From: Eledone cirrhosa
Lineage: Eukaryota
Length of the DNA stretch: 64,000 nt
NCBI GenBank assembly: GCA_964016885.1
Contig: OZ024743.1
Span: 360,468,001 to 360,532,000, forward strand
Reading direction: 5' to 3'
The position numbers and the translations under genes are program-made. Below the pieces are notes generated by a model, which saw only the letters and a list, made by a program, of their open reading frames with translations, ran no database searches and had not been told where the DNA came from. Shown one piece after another: positions 54,900 through 64,000 of the stretch (positions are counted from its first letter, which is position 1; every line of letters begins with the position of its first letter).

Positions 54900-57800
54900 A
54901 TTTAGACTCTCCTCCCCCAATTTGACGTGTTTATATAGGATGTTCCTCCATCTTGGCCGAGCAGCTGCGAGGCCCTCCCAAGATTCTGTGTTGATACTCA
55001 TGACCTTCATATCTCTCTTCACAATGTCCTTGTATCACAGCCGATGTCAACCGTTGGCTCTCTTTCCAGAGGCCAACTAATATGTCTTTGGGGATGCGGT
55101 CATCATTCATGCGGTGGACGTGTCCTAGCCAGCCGTAGTCTGCGCTGTCGAAGCAGGGTAAACATGCTGGGAGGGTCTGCACAAATAAGGACCTCCGTGT
55201 TGAGCACTCTCTCATTCCGGGATATACCCACGATACGGCGCAGACTTCTAAGATGGAAGGTGTTGAGTCGCCTCTTCTGTATGGCGACCATGTCTCACTG
55301 CCAAACGGCAGCGTGCCGATGACACAAGTATTGTACACAGCCATTGAGGAAGGTAAACTGATGGACGGCGTTGATCTCATTGTCATCGAATTTGATGACT
55401 AGTGTTGCCTCTGTGGCCTGTTCCAAGACGTTTGTCTTCCCAAGGCTGATGGTCAGTCCAAAATCCCTTCAAGCCTGGGAGAACCGGTGCATCAGCGTCT
55501 GGAGTTCCTGATGGAAGTGCGTCGCAACTGCTGTATCATCGGTGCAAAATGATATCTCTAATTAGGGTTTTACGTACCTTTATCCTCGCTCAGAGGCGGG
55601 TGAGGTTGAACAGCTTGCCGTCTGATCTGGTAGGCAGGAAGATCCTCTCTGTTGCAGTGCCGAATGCATGCTTCAAATGTAGAACAAAGAAGATCCCAAA
55701 GATCGTGGGAGCAAGGACGCAGCCTTGTTTTACTCCGTTGCGATTGCTGAATGGCTCAGAGGGGCCCTCGTCAAACTGCACTGTCCCCTTCATGTTGGTA
55801 TGGAAAGATTCGACCATGCTCTGAAGTCCCGGTAGGCAGTCAAACTTTGCGAGGATCTTGACGAGGCCGTCTCTACTAACCAGGTCAAACTCCTTGGTGA
55901 GGTCGATAAAAGCAGCATACAGGGGCATGTTCTGTTCCCTGCATTTCTCCTGGAGTTGGTGGAGGGAGTCGACCACGTCTACTGTTGATCGCTTGGCTCG
56001 GAAGCCGCACTGTGATTCTGGGTACACATGGTCTCCCAGCTTCTACAGGCGGATCAAGATGACCAGTGCGAATACCTTTCCAACGAGACTGAGAAGGGAG
56101 ATGCCCGTGTAGTTGATACAGTCGCTTCTTTCGCCTTTGTTCTTTCAACCCTCATATCCTGTAGCACCGCACCTTTTTTCCAGCACTGGCAGAGGATCCC
56201 ATGCAGTGGCTGTAGTAGGTTAGTCCTGCATTCCTTGATCAGGTCTGGAGGAACCCTATCGACACATGTGGCCTTGCCTGAGGCCAAGCAGTTAATGGCT
56301 TTGTTGATCTCTTCCAAGGCTGGCTCAGCATCAAGCTTTTCCATGACAGGCAGGCACTCAAGAGTATCGAGAGCCGAGTGGGACACGATGTTCTGTCTGT
56401 AGTAGAGTTCCGAGTAGTGCTCCACCCATCTTTCCATCTGCTTTCACCTATCAGTGATTAATTCCCAAGTGTTGGATTTCAGGGAGTAGTTGTCTTGCTC
56501 TGGACCGGTCCCAGTGCCTTCTTGATGCCATCGAACATGCCCCTGATGCTATGTTCGGTACTCATTAGCACAGTGCCTTGCAGTCTGTTGAACCTTGCTT
56601 CTGGCAGCCCTGACAGTCTGCAGGTTCTTTTCCCTGGGTGGACGATTGTACTCAGCTAGGGCAGCTGGTTCGCTTCAATGACAGCTGTCATCCTGATGTT
56701 CATGGCCTGTGACCAGTCATATGACCTCAAGACCCTCTTTCCAAACGTAGCCAAGGCGTGCTGCGCATGATGTTTTTCAGCATTCCCCACTTCTCTGTAG
56801 CAGAGGGAAGGGAGAAGTTCTTTTTTGAGAGCCTCCATGAATTGCCTTACAAGTCCTGATTGGTACATATTGCTGACATCAACGCAAGGATTACCCTGTT
56901 TTGTCAGTGGATGGAATCTCCTCGGGTGCAGCCTGATCTTGCAACACACCAAGCAGTGGTAGATGCGTATGTGGGGAGCCTACTTGATGGCAGTACATCT
57001 GACCAGAATGAGATCCAGCAGGTGCCAGTGCTTTGAGCGTAGATGTCTTCAGGAAACCTTGTGTTGTGGCTTGGTGTGGTAGTAGGAGTTGGTGATGCAC
57101 ATATTGTGATAAATGCACAAATCGAGAAGGCACTGTCCATTGTCATTCATTTTTTCCACACCAAACAGTCCAAGGCAGGAGCGCCATCAGTCATGATCAG
57201 CACCCACTCTGGCATTGAAATCCCCAAGGAGAATGAGGTGATCTCTGTTGGGGGTGTTGCTGATAGTGGATGCAAGGTTCTCATAGAACCTATCCTTTGT
57301 GTCTGATGTGGAGGACAGACTTATGGCACCACCTGACGAGGGTGACGATCTGCGGTGGTGTTGAGGTGGAGACTCAGAAGTTTCGCTGAGCCGTTATACT
57401 CTGGTTTTACCATACTCGGCAGGCTGTTCTTCAATGCGAAGACTATTCCATGCTCTCTGGGTTCGTCTGAGCCACTCCCCTGCCAGTAGAACGTGTTGTC
57501 TGTTTCCTTCAGTGTACCTGAGTCAGTAATCGCGTTTCCTGAAGGGTGGCAAGGCCCACGTTCAGTCGCTTACGCTCCGTCTAAATCACAGCTGTTTTTT
57601 CTGCAGTCACTGATGTTAAGTTATTTGTTGGAAAGGTCAGTAATCATTGTCCGGACATTCCAAGTTGCCAATTTTAGAGCTTGTCTCTTTCGTTGCTTGG
57701 TTGTTTTACCTGGTGCAAAGTTTGCAGTCTGCTGTTCGGATGAATCCTAATCCTCATGCACCCAATCAGGATTGTCAGGTCAATCATGGTTGCTACTGGT

Positions 57801-57900
57801 AACATGTAACACAGTGCAACCTGTTCCATGATTGAGTCGTCGGCGACTAAACAGGCAACCCCACCAGGCTTGCTTGGGTGATTATTCGACATCCCACAGG
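54900..57900 (-). mobile_element. RTE-BovB-like LINE, decayed (APE + RT)
   Basis: KLATWNVRTM, WVEHYSELY, PESQCGFR, FIDLTK.FD.VSR, GVKQGCVLAPTIF, GSETW, WLGHV.RM.D.RIPK. Confidence 0.92.
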
Positions 57901-58029
57901 ACGAAAAGCAAAACCTTTCAATGGGCGGAGGAACTCATGTGAGTGGACGGCCTTCCATTAGCATGTACATACGTGGGTCACAGTCAGGTCTTGTTGTTCT
58001 GGTTTCTCTTGATTATCCTGCTACCAACT

Positions 58030-58590
58030 ACTATGCAACCCTGCCACATTGGGCCTGATGGAGGTTTTTAGCTTTGGAAGAGAGTCCATCTAGGAGAAGG
58101 AAAACTATGAATCCAGACCTCCGTTGCCTTGCACTGATATACAATCATGGGAAGGCTTCAGGAGTAACCCTTGTGGGAAAATGCCAGAGCCGGAGCCCTT
58201 AAGGCAGTGCATCGTTGATTACAATTTCGTTTTGGCAGCTCCTGCGAGAGCGCTGCTGCCAAACTGTAGCAGCCTCGCTGCTCCTTTGGATCCAGCAGCG
58301 TTGTACAACAACATCCTGTCATCCAAATCCCATCGCCCATGCTTGTATCCAGCCACTACATTCTATACAACACTCATCAATGCAATTTGCACTATACACC
58401 TGGAGAGGACACCCCAGCTTCGTCTATAGGCTGGACACAACGCGAGGAGCAGCAGTTCCCGGTGATAATCCTTCAATCATTTAGCGTAAATGCAAGGCGC
58501 CAGAGGTTCTCCCGATGTTGGGACAGATTTTCAGATCTCACTGGACAGCTATTACCCGCTTCAAGCTGGGCAGCCCCCAGCCAGTAAGTC
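58030..58590 (+). mobile_element. RTE-type 5' UTR segment in opposite orientation to the adjacent RTE
   Basis: CTAGGAGAAGGAAAACT..GAATCCA.ACC, GGCTTCAGGAGTAACCC, CAAGCTGGGCAGCCCCCAG resemble RTE/BovB 5' UTRs (from memory). Confidence 0.45.
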
Positions 58591-58603
58591 CCGTCACATA
58601 CAT

Positions 58604-58636
<33 letters not shown>

Positions 58637-58722
58637 CATGTATGTGTGTGCGCGCATGTGTATGTATGTGACGCGACTGTATATGTACATATGTATATAT
58701 ACACACATATATATATATATAT

Positions 58723-59041
58723 AATAATTGTTTCTACTTTTGGCACAAGGCCAGCAATTAACCAGTGTATTAGTGGTACTTTATTTTATCGACCCCATAA
58801 GGATGAAAGGCAAAGATAACCTCGGCGGGATTTGAACTCAGAATTATTATATACATATATATAATAATTGTTTCTACTTTTGGCACAAGGCCAGCAATTT
58901 CCCAGTACATTAGTGGTACTTTATTTTAACGACCCGTACGGATGAAAAGCAAAGTTAACCTCGACGGGATTTGAACTCAAACCGTAAAGGGACGTAACTA
59001 TGCTAGAAAGCATGGCGTCAACCCGCTACCGATACTGCCAA
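58723..59041 (-). mobile_element. Two tandem Meta-type SINE copies (58723-58842 truncated; 58863-59041 near full length)
   Basis: Reverse complements of 10628-10817. Confidence 0.88.
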
Positions 59042-59508
59042 TATAATAATGAGAGGTACGCACATCTGGAAGCGATCTTTCTCCGAGGAATTCCCTTGAA
59101 AAGCTGGCTTGCCTCACAACAATGTTGCATCTCTATGATGTAGGATTGTTGCATACTGACCAGCGAAACTCTACAGTCGGGACATTGAAGAAAAAATAGG
59201 TATACATCTGTGTTTATTACTTCTTCTTACTTTATAATTTGTTATATATATATACACACAGGAAAACAAAATGGCGTAGGACAGAACAAAGGAGAGGCAC
59301 AAAAACAAAGAAAAGAATCCCCAGTCACTGAAGAGGTCACAGAATGTGTGACGAAAGAACTTTGACAATATATAAACAACTATCTGGTTGTGGAACCAAC
59401 CAACCGGAAATTTATAAATTCCTAAATTTATAAATCTATTATAATAAATTGAAGTGAAAGCAGCTGGTGCGTGTGTTTCTTACTGGCAACATGACCCTCC
59501 CAAAATAT

Positions 59509-59613
<105 letters not shown>

Positions 59614-59984
59614 GGAGCATGTGTGAATTCCTGGGTACAGTTAGGCATATTTGAAAAGAGGAAATGAATGATTCAATTCTAGTTGGTGTTCTAAATAATT
59701 TAATTTTATAACATTACTATTTTATAACATTACTATTTTATAACATTACTATTTTACAATTTTACTATTTTACAATATAGAAAAATTGTATAATCGTAAT
59801 ATTATAAAATTGTATCTGAAAAATAACTGAACATGAATGTAGTGAGTCCTCATTCCACGACATTTGACTCGATTTAGATCCATCATTAACAGAAACAAAT
59901 AACATCTTTAGATAAGTAATAGTGACGTTTGAAGCTGCAAGCTGCAAGTCGATTCATATTGCACCATTGTATTTGGGTCATGTA

Positions 59985-60119
59985 CCTCTCTCCCGACCGG
60001 ATTGACATCTTTGAGCAGTGCACTTGCGAAAATTAAAAAAAAAAATTTAAAAAAGGAGTAGAGAAACAAGCGACCTCCCGGCCGCTTGCTCCTCTCCTTG
60101 AATTTGTTTTGCAATGCTC
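59985..60119. repeat. Left viral terminus: ITR-related motifs plus an imperfect hairpin
   Basis: CCTCTCTCCCGACCGG..GCAGTGCAC (59985-60023) mirrors the right hairpin arm; AAGGAG..CAAGCG/CGCTTG..CTCCTT stem at 60053-60099. Confidence 0.7.
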
Positions 60120-60133
60120 TTTTTTTAAATAAT

Positions 60134-60139
60134 TTTATT
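60134..60139 (-). terminator. Putative distal poly(A) signal of the viral transcription unit
   Basis: Minus-strand AATAAA ~67 nt after the NS1 stop (60206), just before the terminus. Confidence 0.5.
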
Positions 60140-60205
60140 GAAATAAAGAATACAATTTATGAAAATATTTCCTTTCGGAATTACCAATTATATAATCAAA
60201 GATAT

Positions 60206-61864
60206 TTAATATTCTGGAGAGTTTGGTATTGGTACCGCTGATGGAGAATTTCTATGTGAATCCATTAACTTGGCATATTTGGTCCATCTGCATTCGGTTG
60301 GTCTGTTTTCTTTGTCTGAGTCTTCTTCTTGGTCTGTTGATCCACATACGAGAGTGTCCCCGCTTCTACAAGGAGACGGAGTCAGAACTCTACTTCGTCT
60401 TTCTCATTCTCTTTTTTCTTCGTACTCATCTACAACAAGAGCGAGATTGTCATCAGAGGATGAACTATCTTCATTTGCTAAATTGAAGAAGCAATGTTCG
60501 TAAAAAAGTTCGTTCCAAATAAATGGATTTAGTTTTCTTTTGACGTATTGTAAGAAAGGTTATGCTGTGTTGAATATAAATTCTGTGTATCTTGTTACGA
60601 ATGCTAATTTTTCTGCTAAAGGAGCATTTTGGTCAAATTTATTGTTATACAAGTGGAGTACGTTTAACAAGTTGATCTTGTTTAAATTTGACAGCTACTT
60701 CTGTGTCAACACCTTCTGCTAATTTTTTGAAGGTTTGCAGTGTTTCCAATGTGAAGTTTGGTTCCTCTATTAAACCTATTTCAACATTTATTAAATTTTG
60801 GAAAGGGAAACTTGTTGTGCCTTGTATAGTTGATACATGTGTAAACATGTCTGTTATGCTTCTTGCAATCATGCTTTTGCCAGTATTTGGCAAACCACGG
60901 AAAGCTAGCAAGTTTTCTTTTTTTTTTTTTTTGCTAGCAAGTCCCATACACATCTGACAAATACGCATTCTAAAATGTCTTGCGTCATCAAGATTGATCT
61001 GAATACTTTTAATGACATGTCTCTGTTTAAGTAATTGTTATTTTCATCGAAATATTCCCAGTTCATGGATTCAAATTTTTCTTGAAATGTTTTATTTAGA
61101 GTTTTTATTTGTTCGCAATCGAGAACTTTTCGCATGATCGTGTCATACATTGGATGAGAGATTGCTTTCATAAAATTATCATTATTATTTCTGTTAAGCC
61201 AATAGGATTTCATATCTTGCTCGGTTCTAAATCGTTTGCTGGTGAATATGTAGGATAAGTAGTTAAATAACGTTAATGTTCTACCTGATCTTGTTTTAAA
61301 ATAAGGTTCTTCGTCATTTGGTTTCCTGCCTGTGTCGTTTGTTGCTGCTGAATTCGTTGGTTTTTCAATGTAGTCCATCTTGCACCATTCACCAAATTGT
61401 TTGCTTATTTTTTCTCTTCCTTGAATTATTAATTTTCGTGGTTCCTGGCAGAAGTAATTTGCCATGCTGGACGGGAATTTAACTCTCTGACATTCAGGTA
61501 TGTATCTTACCAGTTTCGTTGCCTTTTTGTATAAGCTTCTTATATATTTAAGTTTTTGTATCTCTCCAGGTCTTGTTGAGCTAGTCCAAATTATATGAAA
61601 ATGGTTGAACGCATTCCATTCTTTTTTCTGACATAGCGTAGTTTCTTTTGGATGGTAGATTACAGTTGCGGCATTACTTTGTATGAACTCTTTCATTTTC
61701 AAATTTGCGTTGCATTGGTATGTATTGTTCGGTGTTTCGTTTTGTCGGTCGTATTCGATTGCTTCCAATAACTATGGATTTATTGGTGACGTATCGTCGT
61801 TCCATCTGAAGTCGTCCTTTTCTATCCATGAATAGATGCACATATATAATTTATTTCCAGTATT
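60206..61864 (-). pseudogene. NS1: Parvoviral NS1/Rep main exon (HUH endonuclease + SF3 helicase), with stops and frameshifts
   Basis: HFHIIW (motif II), NYFCQ (motif III Tyr), GLPNTGKS (Walker A), IGLIEEP (B), FKKLAEG..VAVKFK (B'), TPLV..NN (C), AF..R, KLNPFIW; TAG at 61772-61774, frameshift at poly-T 60918-60932. Confidence 0.93.
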
Positions 61865-63450
61865 CTGCAAATGAAAGAGGTTAATTTGTATTATTACTCT
61901 AACGATAAGCTTGTCGGGTACTGCCGACTCTCGTTATTTCATAATTACGTAAACCTTGCGGCCATTTACAAAGATTTGTTTTAGCAGAGTTAGGAATTAC
62001 GGCATTGTCTTTACCCCAAGCCATCCAACCCATCATTTGTGGACTACCCGATATATATTCAAAGTCTATTTCTGATTCGTATGTTATTGTTATCATGAAA
62101 GATATTTTCGCAGGATTGTTTTGTGAATCTAGTATAGGAATAGAATCTAGCGCTGCTATTGGAGGTGGATTTGAAGGATTAATAGGAAATTGTGTTAAAT
62201 GCGAACGTCCTGTGTTTTCTTCTTCTGCTGTTTTATCAACTGCTAATTCTTTAGACCATGTTCCGTCTTTTGTTTGTGCCCATTGACTTTTTAGAGCTCC
62301 TGAATAAGTGTTAATTTCGCACGGTAAACCATTAGTTTGTAGTAACCCCTTAAGTTAAACCAACTAGGTGTTCTATTTACCCATGTGTACTGAGCTGTTT
62401 CTCCTGCATATATGAATGTACAATTCCCAGTATTCATGTATGATACGATTTCTTCTGCTGGTATTTCTTGTTCTGTTGGTGTAGCTGCTTTTGTATCTTG
62501 TCATAACCACCAGTCTTTACGAATTAATCTGTTTGTTGTAACGTTTACCAATTTGCCTTCATCTCTTGTCTGCGGTATATTATTTGTCCAGTTGTTGTTA
62601 AGATGTTTTATGTCATACGTAGCATTAGGAAATAATGCATATTTTGTGTCTACGTAATGCGTCGTCCAAGGTCTAGTGTTGACTGTAGTGTTAGTAGTTG
62701 TAGTGTTTTGTAAAGTTCCTAATTCGTCTGTTAACGGTACTATGTTTGATATTTTGTACCCTATCGATTTAACCCGAAAGTTGCTTGCTGGTGTTAAATA
62801 TGTTTCTAATTCTGCCATTGTCATACTAGCTTTTAAATCTGTGTATGGTATTAATGCAGCTCTATGTACTATTTTTAATTGAATATATTCGTTGTCGTGT
62901 TTTCTGTAGAAAGCTTTGTCAATAGGATGAACGAAACAGTTAATGTAATGTACGAATGTTCTTGAACATTCTTTTGGTTACTATCGGATATATAACTCCT
63001 GTTGAAGGTGGCTGATCTCCTGTAGCCATGGAAGCTGCACCTCCTGGTGCTGGCCCAACATGATGATCCCCCATGTTTTGAGATTCGTTTATTCCGCTAT
63101 CTTCTGATGTAACTGCGTCAATCAAATCTTGATCTGAAATGTCGCAAGTATCTTCTTTATTTTTTGTCGATTGTTCTTGTTCGATTCTTCTTTTTTTAGG
63201 AAAGACAGGAGGCATTAGTATGTTTTTTGCCGTAATTATATTCCTCACTAAGAACGACGATACCCCACTGATTTCTTTACTACACTCTATTAATTTGTTA
63301 TCTGCGTCTTGTGTTGATATATCTTGTGTATAATAATCTAAATCGTATTGTCTGCAGCAGTTATCTAATTCGTTAATAGGTTTCTTTAGAAAGTTATTAG
63401 TGTAAGGCCCACAGTAATTATAAAATGGTAAATGTAGTGGCATTACTTAC
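61865..63450 (-). other. Predicted phase-0 GT-AG intron of NS1 that contains the whole VP gene
   Basis: Donor GCG|GTAAGT at 63450; TTAAC-CTCTTTCATTTG-CAG| acceptor at 61865; the join is in frame. Confidence 0.75.
61899..63443 (-). pseudogene. VP1: Parvoviral capsid VP1 with N-terminal PLA2 domain, frameshifted
   Basis: YNYCGP..INELD.CC.QYD..Y....AD (PLA2-like), PKKRR NLS-like, Gly/Ala-rich GPAPGGAAS, LIPY.DL...MT.AEL...RVKSIGYKI (jelly-roll start); ORF pieces 63443-62940, 62824-62501, 62096-61899. Confidence 0.9.
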
Positions 63451-63621
63451 CGCTAATTCGTTCAACATTTCGCTATCTCTTGTTTTTAAGTCTTCGTAAT
63501 TCATTGTTGGTTTTCTGTTCCAGTGGAGTATCGTCGTTCTTTTTTGCTCGGATTCTTCTGCCTTTGTGATAGATTTTTCCGCGCAATTGTTAAGTTTTTT
63601 TGTTTTTTTGCAACGGGTCAT
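63451..63621 (-). CDS. Predicted NS1 exon 1 (57 codons); as an unspliced uORF it reads on to the stop at 63418
   Basis: ATG at 63621, ~120 nt inside the terminal hairpin; exactly 57 codons before the GTAAGT donor. Confidence 0.65.
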
Positions 63622-63737
63622 TTATTCTGCCTATGTCAGCCGATTTTAATATCCAATCAGAATTAATCTTAGTCAGCAAAATCTTTCCCGCCGCTTAGTA
63701 ATGAATACCTCCTCGTAATTTGATAACCTGTCTGCGC

Positions 63738-63907
63738 TGTGCACTGCCCTTTTGGTAAGGGAGACAAGCCGGTCGGGAGGGAGGGGGAGGTAACATTACA
63801 CAGTTATAGCGTAAAGGCTCTTCACGTTTGCCTATCCGCTAAATACTTAGAATTCCTCCACCTCCCTCCCGACCGGCTTGTCTCCCTTACCAAAAGGGCA
63901 GTGCACA
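63738..63907. repeat. Parvoviral terminal hairpin: 53-bp stem (52/53 paired), 64-nt loop
   Basis: 63738-63790 versus 63855-63907 are reverse complements with one mismatch; GC-rich against an AT-rich background. Confidence 0.93.
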
Positions 63908-64000
63908 ATAAACAATTCTTGTTTATAGTTTCGTTTACTAAATAAAGATGAGGTCCTTCTAAAACACATATACACACATGTAAAGACATGTATAAACACG

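Larger units (their letters stand above)
59985..63907 (-). mobile_element. Endogenous parvoviral element (densovirus-like), near-complete ~3.9 kb genome, decayed
   Basis: NS1 HUH + SF3 motifs, PLA2-containing VP, terminal hairpin, related motifs at both ends. Confidence 0.95.

Noticed and set aside
59703-59770. 16-bp tandem repeat (TTTTATAACATTACTA)x3 near the EVE, as a viral iteron
   Set aside because: It lies ~200 bp outside the terminal motif; an AT-rich minisatellite with no counterpart at the other end
59985-63907. VP-before-NS order as a circular permutation or concatemer junction
   Set aside because: There is no hairpin between VP and NS1, terminal motifs lie outside both genes, and phase-matched splice sites bracket VP; disfavoured but not formally excluded
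63739-63945. 68-aa plus-strand ORF over the hairpin
   Set aside because: Chance frame across the inverted repeat, non-ATG start, no motifs

Overview
AT-rich, microsatellite-dense eukaryotic DNA, most likely an octopus-type cephalopod (inferred from a Meta-domain tRNA SINE family). I found no convincing host gene. Most of the window is retroelements: several Penelope-like elements (PLEs) with pseudo-LTRs, fold-backs and hammerhead-ribozyme (HHR) motifs; an L1/Tx1 LINE; a stack of R4/Dong elements in (TAA)n; CRE, RTE-BovB, RTE-X and I-like remnants; and two tandem arrays of about 0.5-0.6 kb units. The standout is a near full-length, decayed endogenous parvovirus/densovirus at about 59985-63907 (minus strand). 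It keeps a 53-bp terminal hairpin at one end and matching motifs at the other. Its PLA2-bearing capsid gene lies upstream of the main NS1 coding region, and almost exactly fills an apparent phase-0 GT-AG intron of NS1 (donor 63450, acceptor 61865). That would be a capsid gene nested inside the replicase intron. Coordinates were read by eye; element boundaries are approximate.
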